In this document: positions 7,529-16,717 of the stretch, one piece after another
Layout of the letters: each line of letters starts with the position of its first letter
Position numbering within the stretch: the stretch's first letter is position 1
IMG/VR virus record: IMGVR_UViG_3300048796_000186
Coordinates: 1-24,098 of that record
DNA from: a virus
Taxonomy: Duplodnaviria > Caudoviricetes
Length of the DNA: 24,098 nt
Direction: 5' to 3' (one strand)
Translations under genes and position numbers: made by a program
The notes under the pieces: generated by a model
What the model was told of the DNA's origin: nothing
Database searches by the model: none
Seen by the model: only the letters and a program-made list of their open reading frames with translations

Positions 7529-8038
7529 TCAGAACTCGATCTCGTCGGCGATGCGGCGCGCCTCGTCGTCAGTGAGGCGTTTCAGGCCTCCCTGCTTGAT
7601 CCATGCGTCAACGGCATCCTGGACAGCGTTCCAGAAGCCCGTCTCGTTGTTGTCGAAGGGACGCTCAAACGCCCCACCGTAGCCGTTGGCGTCCGTGTAG
7701 TCGTGCAGTTCGCTGAAGGAGGCGCAAGTGCTGGGGACGGTTCCAGAGGCGACATCCGCGAGGATCTCGGCCTTGGCCCGTTCCACAACGCGGCGCAGTT
7801 CGTCGGCGCTGAAGTCCGGCAAGCGCGGGTTGCGAGGTTTTTCGATGCGCGCTTCTCCAGCCGGTTTCACCTCCGAGCGGAGGCGGGCGGCTGTGCGGAT
7901 GCGGATCTCGCGGCCGGTGGCGAGGTTGGTTCCGTACCATCCGCCGCGCGGGTGTTCGCGCGTGATGCGAACCTTGGCCAGCGTGCCGCTGACCTTCACG
8001 ATGTAGGTCGTGCCGATTTGTACGTTGTGTTTTTGCAT
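7529..8038 (-). CDS. Hypothetical prophage protein (beta-rich N-domain plus acidic C-domain)
   Basis: GGAG SD; co-directional with neighbours; GGWYGTNLATGREIRIRTAARLR segment. Confidence 0.75.
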   Translation of the reverse strand: MQKHNVQIGTTYIVKVSGTLAKVRITREHPRGGWYGTNLATGREIRIRTAARLRSEVKPAGEARIEKPRNPRLPDFSADELRRVVERAKAEILADVASGTVPSTCASFSELHDYTDANGYGGAFERPFDNNETGFWNAVQDAVDAWIKQGGLKRLTDDEARRIADEIEF

Positions 8039-8040
8039 GT

Positions 8041-8286
8041 TCAGTACTCCAGTTCTTTCTGGTCCACCGCGCTGCGGTCGCCCAGGCTGGCGAGGACGTA
8101 GGCCAGTTCTTCGGTGACGCGGCCGAGGTCGCCAGCATACCCCCAGTTGGCGGGTTCCTGAGTCTGGTCCTTCTGGTGTTGCTCCAGGCAGCTGGCGATG
8201 CGCTTAAGTATTTCCTGGCACTCGGCGTGGCGTTCGGCGTAGCAGGCGGCGGCGGTTTGTTTGGTGGTCTTGGTGGTGCGTGGCAT
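8041..8286 (-). CDS. Small hypothetical prophage protein with NWGYAGDL motif
   Basis: Helical protein of the type seen upstream of DUF3489 genes; ATG at 8286 lacks an SD. Confidence 0.75.
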   Translation of the reverse strand: MPRTTKTTKQTAAACYAERHAECQEILKRIASCLEQHQKDQTQEPANWGYAGDLGRVTEELAYVLASLGDRSAVDQKELEY

Positions 8287-8336
8287 CGAACACATACATC
8301 ACTTCAGTCGCGACGAATAGCAACTCTGAAGTTCGA
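8287..8336 (-). promoter_or_regulatory. Divergent control region with a putative leftward promoter and inverted repeat
   Basis: Minus-strand TTGCTA (-35-like) followed by GAAGTGATGTATGT just upstream of ATG; ACTTCAG (8301-8307) / CTGAAGT (8326-8332). Confidence 0.4.
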
Positions 8337-8368
8337 CTTTTCCAAAGAAAGATTCACTAGGCGAACGT

Positions 8369-8905
8369 ATGGCGATGATGGGCATTTCTCTTCGGGCGTA
8401 CGCGCGGATGCGCGGGTGCAGTCTGCCCGCCGTGCAGAAAGCCATCGCCAGCAAGCGCATCACGACGCTACCTGACGGGAGCATCGACCCGGAGCGTGCC
8501 AACCAGGAATGGGCCAGGAACACCTTCGCCGGCCAGACGGTCAATCGAACAGCGGCCGCAGCACCGAAGGAACGGGTTTCCCCGATGCCGGAACCGCCGA
8601 CAGCAACGGGCGATCCGGTTGCTCAATACCTGCGTGCCCGAGCGGTCAAAACGAGCTTCGAGGCGCGCACGGCGCAGTTGGAATATGAGGAGCGCGCCGG
8701 CAAGCTGATCCAGGCGGTGCGCGCATCGGAGTATGCCGCGAGTTTCTCGGCCATCGTGAAAGACCACCTCCAGGCGCGCGCCGACCGTTTGGCACCCATG
8801 CTGGCCGCCGTCAACGACGAGAAAGCCATCCATCGGCTATTGAAAAACGATGATGAGGCCGTGCTGCGCAAGGTGAGCAAAGCGATTGCGGACGCAGGTT
8901 TGTAA
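8369..8905 (+). CDS. Terminase small subunit (Nu1-like)
   Basis: N-terminal HTH SLRAYARMRGCSLPAVQKAI, coiled coil ending in GKLI; immediately upstream of TerL. Confidence 0.85.
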   Translation: MAMMGISLRAYARMRGCSLPAVQKAIASKRITTLPDGSIDPERANQEWARNTFAGQTVNRTAAAAPKERVSPMPEPPTATGDPVAQYLRARAVKTSFEARTAQLEYEERAGKLIQAVRASEYAASFSAIVKDHLQARADRLAPMLAAVNDEKAIHRLLKNDDEAVLRKVSKAIADAGL

Positions 8906-8907
8906 GC

Positions 8908-10800
8908 ATGCAGCCGTTTTCCATACACGAAGTCGGAGCCGCGGCCATGTTGCCGCCGCGCGACATTACCGTTTCGCAGTGGGCGGATGAGAACCGCGTG
9001 CTGACCGGCGGCGCGGCGGCCGAGCGGGGCCAGTGGTGCACGCGGCCTTATCAGCGGGAGCCGATGGATGTGCTCAGTCCCAGTCATCCCTGCCGCCAGG
9101 TCGTGGTGCTGTCGGGAGCCCAGATCCTCAAGACGGAAGTGCTTCTCAACTTCATCGGCTTCATCGCCGATGTGGATCCTGGGCCGGTGCTGGTGGTCGA
9201 GCCGCGCACCGAGGATGCCAAGGCACTGTCGAAGGATCGCGTCGCGCCCATGTTCCGCGCCACGCCCGCGCTGCGCGGGAAGATCGCGCCCGTCAAGTCG
9301 CGCGATTCGAGCAACACGACGCTGCACAAGGTTCTGGCAAACGGCGCAGGGCAAATCACGCTGACCGGGGCGATCTCACCCTCGGGGCTGGCCATGCGGC
9401 CGATCCGGTATGCACTCCTGGATGAGGTGGACCGTTACCCGGCCAGCGCGGGTACGGAGGGCGACCCAGTGTCGCTGGCCATCCAGCGCACCGCGGAGTT
9501 CGCCCACAACAAGAAGATCGTGATGGCGTCCACGCCGACGATCAAGGGCGTCAGCCGCATCGAGTTGGCGTGGCGGGAGAGCGACCAGCGCGATTACTTC
9601 GTGCCCTGCCCACAGTGCGGGTGCTTCCAGGTGCTCGCGTTCGGCGATGGCACGGGGCCGGGCGTGGTGTGGCCGGAGGGGAAGCCCGAAGACGCTGCCT
9701 ATCGCTGCGCCGAGTGCCGCGAGCTGATTCCTCACCGATTGAAAGCCGAGATGGTGGAGCGCGGCGAGTACCGCGCGGCGAACCCGTCCTCGCCGATTCC
9801 CGGCTTTCGCGTCTCGCAGTTGATTTCGCCAAAGAAGTCCTGGGGCGAGATCGCGGTGGAGTTCCTGGCTGCGAAGAAGTCGCCGGAGACGCTCAAAGCA
9901 TTCCTGAACACGGTGCTCGCTGAGTTGTGGGAGGAGACCCACGAGGTAGCAACGGATGCCCACGCATTGTGGAACCGCTGCGAGCCTTTCGAAGCCGAAG
10001 CGCCGGACGGGGTGGCGCTGATCACGGCAGGCGTCGACGTGCAGGCGGATCGCCTGGAGATGGAAATCGCTGGATGGGGACGCGATGAGGAATCCTGGTC
10101 GATTGCCTATCACGTAATTCCTGGCGATGCGACCCGCAACGAGGTCTGGGAGCACTTGGAAGGCCTGCTGCTCTCCGAGTACCTGCACGCATCCGGGCTC
10201 CCGATGCGGATCGTCGCGACGTGCATCGACTGCGGGTTCAAAGATGCCACCGTACTGCATTTCACGCGTGACCGCTACAACCGGCGTGTCTATGCCACTA
10301 AGGGACGCGCGGGCGAGTCGCCGATCTGGCCGCGCAAGCCGAGCCGGAAGAACCAGACGCCGTTCTTCATGATCGGCGTGGATGCGGCGAAGACGGCGAT
10401 CTACGACCGGCTGAAGCTCCGGGATGTGGGGCCGGGGTATTGTCACTTTCCGATCGGGCGGGACCTCGAGTACTTCGAGCAGTTGACCGCCGAGAGAAAG
10501 TTCACCCGGTACCACAACGGGTTTCCGAAGCAGGAATGGCGGAAGCCGGCCAACGCCCGCAACGAAGGCTTGGACGCGCGGGTCCTCGCATACGCGGCGT
10601 TGCACGCGCTGTACGCGAGCGGTTTGAAACTGCCGGTGCATTGTGACCGCTTCGCGCGGATGGTGCAGACGCGCCGAGGGGAGACTCCGTCCGTTCCGGT
10701 GGTGACGAAGCCGGCCAACACCAACCGCCCCGCCCAACCTCCCACCGAACGCGGCGAAGACCCATGGATACCGCGCCGCAACTGGTTTGGAAGAAGTTGA
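8908..10800 (+). CDS. Terminase large subunit, lambda GpA family
   Basis: TRPYQREPMD, Walker A variant SGAQILKTE, Walker B LLDEVDRY, STPT, CPQC...CAEC, nuclease AGVDVQ and NEGLD. Confidence 0.97.
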   Translation: MQPFSIHEVGAAAMLPPRDITVSQWADENRVLTGGAAAERGQWCTRPYQREPMDVLSPSHPCRQVVVLSGAQILKTEVLLNFIGFIADVDPGPVLVVEPRTEDAKALSKDRVAPMFRATPALRGKIAPVKSRDSSNTTLHKVLANGAGQITLTGAISPSGLAMRPIRYALLDEVDRYPASAGTEGDPVSLAIQRTAEFAHNKKIVMASTPTIKGVSRIELAWRESDQRDYFVPCPQCGCFQVLAFGDGTGPGVVWPEGKPEDAAYRCAECRELIPHRLKAEMVERGEYRAANPSSPIPGFRVSQLISPKKSWGEIAVEFLAAKKSPETLKAFLNTVLAELWEETHEVATDAHALWNRCEPFEAEAPDGVALITAGVDVQADRLEMEIAGWGRDEESWSIAYHVIPGDATRNEVWEHLEGLLLSEYLHASGLPMRIVATCIDCGFKDATVLHFTRDRYNRRVYATKGRAGESPIWPRKPSRKNQTPFFMIGVDAAKTAIYDRLKLRDVGPGYCHFPIGRDLEYFEQLTAERKFTRYHNGFPKQEWRKPANARNEGLDARVLAYAALHALYASGLKLPVHCDRFARMVQTRRGETPSVPVVTKPANTNRPAQPPTERGEDPWIPRRNWFGRS

Positions 10801-10801
10801 T

Positions 10802-11056
10802 ATGGCACTGACCGTTCAGCAGTTGCAGGCGAACCTGGACGCGGTCACCCAGGCCATCGGAAGCCCCACGCTCAAGGTCCGTTTCCCGGATGGGCGCGAG
10901 GTAACTTACCGCTCGACGGACGAGCTTCTGAAGGCGAAGGCCGCCATCGAAGAGGATATCCGGAAGACCAGCGGGCAGACCGGAAGCCGCGTCCGGTTCG
11001 CGCAGCACCAGCGCGGCGATGGTTCCACGGGCCCAACGCTGGACGACCGCTGGTAA
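10802..11056 (+). CDS. Head-tail joining protein, gpW-like
   Basis: Lies between TerL and portal; VRFPDGREVTYRSTDEL motif. Confidence 0.85.
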   Translation: MALTVQQLQANLDAVTQAIGSPTLKVRFPDGREVTYRSTDELLKAKAAIEEDIRKTSGQTGSRVRFAQHQRGDGSTGPTLDDRW

Positions 11057-11060
11057 CGAA

Positions 11061-12749
11061 ATGAATCTCCTCGACAAGGCCATCAGCATCGTGGCGCCGC
11101 GCGTCGCGTTGCAGCGTGTGCGCAGTCGCGTGGCACTCGAATTGACCACGGGCTATCTGGAACGCCACGCGCAGCGGTTCCGCTACGAAGGCGCCACCGC
11201 TGGCCGCCGCGCCCACGGTTGGTACGCCGCATCGACGGACGCCAACGTCGAGTTGATGGGATCGCTCATCTGGCTCCGCAACCGCAGCCGCGATCTCATC
11301 CGCAACAATCCGTATGCCGCGCGCGCGGTAGAGGAACTGGCCGGCAATGTGGTCGGGACCGGGATCGTGCCGAAGGCCAAGACCGGCAACACGACCATTG
11401 ACAAGATCATCGATGCCGAGTGGCCGTTCTTCGCCGACGGCTGCGACACGCCGCAGCGCCTCGATTTCTATGGCATGCAGACGCTGACCGTTCGCACGAT
11501 GGCGGAATCGGGAGAAGCCATTGTCCGTTTCCGGCCGCGACCTGCGGACGCCGGCCTGCGTATTCCGCTTCAGCTTCAGATGCTCGAAGCCGATTTCCTC
11601 GATCAGGCCCGCACGATGGGCCTGGTCAACGGCCATGTGATGGAGGGCGTGCAGTTCGACGAGATGGGACGCCGCGTCGCGTACTGGCTGTTCAGTTACC
11701 ACCCCGGCGGTGTGTTGATCCTCAACCCGCGCGGCGGCATTGTCAGCCAGCCCGTGCCAGCCGACCAGATCATGCACGTTTACCGCGTGCTGCGGCCCGG
11801 CCAGGTTCGCGGCGTACCGTGGCTCGCGCCGGTGATGATGGCGCTCCGCGATCTTGACGACTACTGCGACGCGGAGCGGGTCCGTAAAAAGGTGGAAGCC
11901 TGTGTTACGGCGTTCGTCCAGCAACCGGAAGGCGTCGATGGCGATCCACTCGGCATCGCGGGAACCGATCCTTCCAGTGGGCTCCCGGTCGAGAGCTTCC
12001 AGCCGGGCATGGTTGAGTATCTGAAGCCCGGCCAGGACATCAAGTTCAACAATCCGCCGCCGGCGGGCGGGTACCGCGAATACAAGATGACCGAGTTGCA
12101 GGGGATCATGGCCGGCATCGGCTTGCCTTACGAGCTCGGCACGGGCGACATGTCGCAGGTGAATTACTCCTCCTGGCGCGGCGGGATGCTCGGCTTCCGC
12201 AACACGGTGGAGGCTTTCCGTTGGCTCACCCTGATCCCGCTATTCGCGATGCCTGTGTGGCGGCGGTTCATCGACACGCTGATTCTGCAGGGCAAGATTC
12301 CGAAATCCGCCGCCAACGATCCGAAGATCGGATTGCGCAGTGTGCAGTGGACCGCGCCACGGTTCGAATCGGTCGATCCGGTGAAGGACGCGGAGGGCGT
12401 GTTGAAGGATGTCCGCATGGGACGCAAGACCTGGTTCGAGGCGGTGCTGGAGAACGGTTACGACCCTCCCACCCAGCTTCAGCAGATTGCACTGTTTAAC
12501 AAGCTGGTGGACAAATTCGAAATCATCCTGGATTCGGACCCACGCAACACGACGCTGCGCGGCCAGGAGCAGCCGGCGGCAACGGAGGAGCGGACGCCGA
12601 GTAGCAAAGCGGCTCCCACCAAGGCCAAGGGCCAGGGTTTCGCGGCGCTCTCGGAAGAGGACCTGGGCATGGTCAAGGATCTACTCGTCGCCGGCATGTC
12701 GCGCGCAGGCAGCGGTTTCGAATCGGCCCCACGGCTCTACCGCGGTTAA
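11061..12749 (+). CDS. Portal protein, lambda family
   Basis: YEGA, LRNRSRDLIRNNPYA, RPGQVRGVPWLAP, GDMSQVNYSS, VDPVKD motifs. Confidence 0.96.
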   Translation: MNLLDKAISIVAPRVALQRVRSRVALELTTGYLERHAQRFRYEGATAGRRAHGWYAASTDANVELMGSLIWLRNRSRDLIRNNPYAARAVEELAGNVVGTGIVPKAKTGNTTIDKIIDAEWPFFADGCDTPQRLDFYGMQTLTVRTMAESGEAIVRFRPRPADAGLRIPLQLQMLEADFLDQARTMGLVNGHVMEGVQFDEMGRRVAYWLFSYHPGGVLILNPRGGIVSQPVPADQIMHVYRVLRPGQVRGVPWLAPVMMALRDLDDYCDAERVRKKVEACVTAFVQQPEGVDGDPLGIAGTDPSSGLPVESFQPGMVEYLKPGQDIKFNNPPPAGGYREYKMTELQGIMAGIGLPYELGTGDMSQVNYSSWRGGMLGFRNTVEAFRWLTLIPLFAMPVWRRFIDTLILQGKIPKSAANDPKIGLRSVQWTAPRFESVDPVKDAEGVLKDVRMGRKTWFEAVLENGYDPPTQLQQIALFNKLVDKFEIILDSDPRNTTLRGQEQPAATEERTPSSKAAPTKAKGQGFAALSEEDLGMVKDLLVAGMSRAGSGFESAPRLYRG

Positions 12750-12775
12750 AGACTCAACCACAAGGGAGGACGCTT

Positions 12776-13264
12776 ATGAAAGGGAACCCACAGGTAATCG
12801 CTGGGCTTCAGGAAGCGGCCAACATGGAAGGCTCCATGATGCTTCAGTATCTTCTCGACCAGCGCGACGTAAAGCGCCTGGGCCTGGATCTGGCCGACGG
12901 CCTAAAGCAGATGAAGGAGCAGTGCGAGGATCACATGAAATGCCTGGTGAGCCGCGTCCTGTTCCTCGAGGGCGCGCCCACGATTGAGTTGAAGCCCGCC
13001 GCGACTCACGATAGCGTCACCGAGATTCTGAACGATGCTTTTGCTGCCGAGCAGGCTGCCACCGCGCGGTTCACCGATCTCTGCAAACAGTGCTACGACG
13101 CCGGCGACATGTCGAACTTCCACTTCTACCAGCACCTGGTGAAGTGGCATCGCGAGGGCGACGACAAGTTCAAAGGCCATGTCGCGTGGCTGCAGAAGCA
13201 ACTCTACCAGTTGAAGAAGCTGGGAGAAAACGACTACATCGCCGTCAGCGCGGTGAAGGATTAG
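12776..13264 (+). CDS. Bacterioferritin-like (ferritin superfamily) protein, degenerate active site
   Basis: MKG start, E18, QY25, RVLFLEG.P, E92, GHVAWL and LG..Y align by eye along the full length of E. coli Bfr; GGGAGG SD. Confidence 0.85.
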   Translation: MKGNPQVIAGLQEAANMEGSMMLQYLLDQRDVKRLGLDLADGLKQMKEQCEDHMKCLVSRVLFLEGAPTIELKPAATHDSVTEILNDAFAAEQAATARFTDLCKQCYDAGDMSNFHFYQHLVKWHREGDDKFKGHVAWLQKQLYQLKKLGENDYIAVSAVKD

Positions 13265-13272
13265 GAGGCACG

Positions 13273-15516
13273 ATGCCGCTTCTACGAACCGAAATATCCC
13301 CTGCGGGTACCGGCGCGCCGCCGCCCGCGCGGGCTGACGCCGAAATCTTGTCAGCCGACGCCCAGGTGCTGCCGAGCACCGCCAACGCCAAGGACGGCAC
13401 CATCGATGTGGTCTGGTACAGCGGGGCCGCCGTCCCGAGGGTTGACCGCGCGACTGGTGAACCCTACATGCTCCAGCTCGACATGGAGGGCTGCCGCTTC
13501 GACCGGCTGAACAACGGCGCGCCGGTGTTCGATACCCATTTCACCGGCGACGATTTCAAGTCCCTCATGGCGGGCAAGGTCGGCACGCGGGCCCAGTTGG
13601 GCGTGGTGCGCCGCGCCTGGCCCAACGGCGATAAGGGCATGGCCACGCTGCAGTTCGATCTGGGCGATCCCGATGGCGCCGAAATGTTCCGTAAGGCCAG
13701 CACCGGCATCCTGCAAAACCTCAGCTTCGGAACCTTCGTGTACAAACGCGAAAAGGTGGATGCGCAGGCCGAGGGGATGCCAGAGGGCAAGCCGCCCTAC
13801 CTGAACGACAAGGAAATCGGCATGTTCAAGGCCACCGACTGGGAGCCGTTCGAGATTTCGCCTTGCACGGTGCCGGCCGATTTCAACACCTGCTTTCTGA
13901 GCGCACAACCGAACGATTCAGTACGGGCAATCAGCCCACAAAAGGAGAAACCTGCAATGGAACAGACGACCACGCAGGACACGGGCGCGGATGCCCGTAC
14001 TGTGAACGAACAGGCCCTGGCAGCCGCGCGGGAAGAGGCGGTCCAGGCCGAACGGGAGCGCGTCAGCGAAATCCAAACGCTGGGCGCGACCGCAATCAAA
14101 TACGGGATCGACGAGACCGTCATCAGCGAATTCATCGCCAAGGGCGTACCCGTCGATCAGGCACGGAAGGAACTGTTTGCCCATCTCGCGACCAAGGGCC
14201 AGCAGGGTGTGCCGCCGCGCGCGGGCGCAGACGGCCCGGCGTTCCCGATTCGCGGGGAGGGCGGCACGTCGGTGACCCGCGACGGCATGGAGCAGCGCCT
14301 TGCCTGCATGCAGATGGCTCTGTTGCTGCGCGCGGACGGGCGGTTCTTTCTGGCGCGGCGCCGGGACCATAACGGCAACGAAACCGGGGAATATCTCGAT
14401 GGCTACGGTCCCGAGCAGCAGCGGCGCGCCGTCGAGATGGCCCGCGAGTACCGCAATTTCAAGCTCATCGACATGGCGAAGGAAGCCCTGGAGTTGCGCG
14501 GCACCAACCCGCGCGGGATGGATGTGACGCGGATTGCGGAGATGGCTCTCCAGGGATCCTCGCGGGGACGGGAGTTCTTCGCGGGCGGCGCCGAATCGAC
14601 CGCGGACTTCCCGGCGATCCTGGCCAACGTCGCGAACAAGACCTTGCGCCAGGGCTACGAAGCCTATCCGCGCACGTTCCAGCCCTTCTGCCGGCAGGTG
14701 ACGGCGCAGGACTTCAAGCCCATCAACCGGGTGATGCTCGCCGATGCGCCCGTCTTGCAGGCGCTGAATGAGAAGGGGGAGTACCACCGCGCCAACCTGA
14801 CCGACAACAACATCAATTACGCGCTCGGCACGTACGGCGAGATCGTGGCACTGACGCGCAAGGTCATCATCAATGACGACCTGCAGGCGTTCACCCGTGT
14901 CCCGGCGCTGCTCGGCGTGGCCGCGGCGCAACTCGAATCGAACACCGTCTGGGGCATCATCACGTCGAATCCGGCGGCGGTGTACGCGGGCGACAAGAAC
15001 TCCACCGCGCTGTTCCACGCCAATCACAGCAACTTGCTGACCGGCGTGGCCAGCGCCATCGATTCCACCGTTGCCAACTCTGCTCCGCTGACCGCGCTGG
15101 GCAAGGGGCGCGGCGCCATGCGCCTTCAGAAGGGACCTCAGGGTACTCCGCTGAACCTCATTCCGCGGTTCATTGCCGTGCCGACCGCGCTGGAGACTTA
15201 CATGCTCCAGCTCGTATACCCGATCAACATTGCTTCGGCGGATGCGACGAAGGTCGTGCCGGAGTGGGTGCGCAGCCTGATTCCGGTGGTCGAACCGCGT
15301 CTCGATGCCGCCACGAATGGGACCACCGGCTGGTATCTGATCGCCGACCCGGCACAGATCGACACCGTGGAGTACTGCTACCTGGAAGGGCAGCAGGGCG
15401 TGTACATCGAAACCAAACAGGGCTTCGAAGTGGATGGCGTCGAGATCAAGGCGCGCATGGATTTCGGCGCGGCTGCTCTCGACTATCGCGGGCTTCAGAA
15501 GAACGCCGGCCAGTAG
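13273..15516 (+). CDS. Prohead protease - scaffold - major capsid fusion (HK97 fold)
   Basis: AGGAGG SD; protease motifs VFDTH, NLSFG, WEPFEIS..VPAD; capsid motifs STADFPAILANVANK, TYG...TRKVIINDDL. Confidence 0.93.
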   Translation: MPLLRTEISPAGTGAPPPARADAEILSADAQVLPSTANAKDGTIDVVWYSGAAVPRVDRATGEPYMLQLDMEGCRFDRLNNGAPVFDTHFTGDDFKSLMAGKVGTRAQLGVVRRAWPNGDKGMATLQFDLGDPDGAEMFRKASTGILQNLSFGTFVYKREKVDAQAEGMPEGKPPYLNDKEIGMFKATDWEPFEISPCTVPADFNTCFLSAQPNDSVRAISPQKEKPAMEQTTTQDTGADARTVNEQALAAAREEAVQAERERVSEIQTLGATAIKYGIDETVISEFIAKGVPVDQARKELFAHLATKGQQGVPPRAGADGPAFPIRGEGGTSVTRDGMEQRLACMQMALLLRADGRFFLARRRDHNGNETGEYLDGYGPEQQRRAVEMAREYRNFKLIDMAKEALELRGTNPRGMDVTRIAEMALQGSSRGREFFAGGAESTADFPAILANVANKTLRQGYEAYPRTFQPFCRQVTAQDFKPINRVMLADAPVLQALNEKGEYHRANLTDNNINYALGTYGEIVALTRKVIINDDLQAFTRVPALLGVAAAQLESNTVWGIITSNPAAVYAGDKNSTALFHANHSNLLTGVASAIDSTVANSAPLTALGKGRGAMRLQKGPQGTPLNLIPRFIAVPTALETYMLQLVYPINIASADATKVVPEWVRSLIPVVEPRLDAATNGTTGWYLIADPAQIDTVEYCYLEGQQGVYIETKQGFEVDGVEIKARMDFGAAALDYRGLQKNAGQ

Positions 15517-15550
15517 GGCGCGGCGGGCATAAGGAACAGGAGAAAAACCG

Positions 15551-16345
15551 ATGCAGAATTACGTTCAAAAAGGTCAAACCCTCACGGTGGTCGCGCCCTA
15601 CGCGCTGCTCAGCGGCGGCGGTTGCCAGGTCGGCAACATCTTCGGCGTGACGGTCAACAGTCAGAACATAGGCGACTCGAGCGAGTTGGTGGTGGAGGGC
15701 GTGTTCGATCTGGCCAAGGATGCGAGCACGTTCAACCCCGGAGACAAAGTCTTCTGGAACAACACCGCCCTGCAGGCCACGTCCAGCCCGCTGACGGCGG
15801 CCGGCGTCTCGAACAAGGAGATCGGCTACGCGGTGCTCAGCCAGGCGAGCGGCGTGAATGCGCCGGGCGGCCTGACTGGCGATGCGACCGTTCGCGTGCG
15901 GCTCAATCCGCTCGGCTTCGGTCCGGTGCAGGCGGCGGACACCGACCCGTCGCTGATTCAGAAAACCGTGGTGACGCTCACTGCCGCGCAGATCATGGCC
16001 ATGTTCGGAGCGGCGGTCAGCATCTTGCCGGCACCTGCGGCCGGACAGGTACTCGTTGTTGACCAGTTCATCGTGCAGATGAAGCCCGGCGCCACGCAGT
16101 TCACGGGCGGCGGGGCGGTGTCGTTCCAGTATCACGGGACCGGCGTGGTGCCGCACTCGTCCACCATCCCTGCGGCTACCATCACCAGCGCGGCCGCGAG
16201 CGAGAACGTCGTACCGCCGCCCACTGGCGTCATCCAGCCGCCATCGGCGACCGGCATCGACATCGTCAACGCCACGGGCGCTTTCGCCACTGGCAACGGC
16301 ACGATGGTCGTGACCGTGTTCTACTCGATCATCACGCTCAACTAA
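15551..16345 (+). CDS. DUF2190-family capsid cement/decoration protein with an extra C-terminal beta domain
   Basis: MQNYVQKGQTL...EGVFDLAK...TVRVRLN typical of DUF2190, followed by about 145 extra residues; AGGAG SD. Confidence 0.8.
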   Translation: MQNYVQKGQTLTVVAPYALLSGGGCQVGNIFGVTVNSQNIGDSSELVVEGVFDLAKDASTFNPGDKVFWNNTALQATSSPLTAAGVSNKEIGYAVLSQASGVNAPGGLTGDATVRVRLNPLGFGPVQAADTDPSLIQKTVVTLTAAQIMAMFGAAVSILPAPAAGQVLVVDQFIVQMKPGATQFTGGGAVSFQYHGTGVVPHSSTIPAATITSAAASENVVPPPTGVIQPPSATGIDIVNATGAFATGNGTMVVTVFYSIITLN

Positions 16346-16375
16346 GGGTGGCCGCCGCGCCGCGCATCATTATAT

Positions 16376-16717
16376 ATGTCCGACTGGCCCACCATCGACG
16401 CGGCGGCGAACGCGGTCATGCTGAAGACGTTCGGCGAGCCGATGGTGTATCAATCCGCACAGGCTGGCGTGGCGGTTGGCAATCCGGTGACCATCACCGC
16501 CATCCGCCACGCACGTGTGCGCGAAGAGTCCGGCGCACTGGCGAACGTCGAAGAAATCTCCGTCAATCCATCCGACATTGCGAACTTCCCCCAGCGCGGT
16601 GATTGGGTGACCGCCTGGGGATCGCAGTTCGTGGTGACCACCGTGCGCCAGCCGGACCCGTACGGCCTGGTCGAGCTTTCGCTGATGGCGCGGGCCGGGC
16701 AGAACCCCAATGACTAA
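16376..16717 (+). CDS. Head-tail joining (head closure, FII-like) protein
   Basis: Position, size, FGEP..Y and P.RGD.V motifs. Confidence 0.7.
   Translation: MSDWPTIDAAANAVMLKTFGEPMVYQSAQAGVAVGNPVTITAIRHARVREESGALANVEEISVNPSDIANFPQRGDWVTAWGSQFVVTTVRQPDPYGLVELSLMARAGQNPND

Noticed and set aside
9376-10737. 453-aa reverse ORF opposite TerL
   Set aside because: Antisense shadow of a clearly identified gene
13090-13272. N-terminal extension of the capsid fusion ORF
   Set aside because: Overlaps the ferritin-like gene; AGGAGG supports ATG 13273
12776-15516. A bona fide encapsulin operon
   Set aside because: The shell gene is a protease-fused phage capsid flanked by intact terminase, portal and tail genes; no recognisable cargo-loading peptide on the ferritin-like protein
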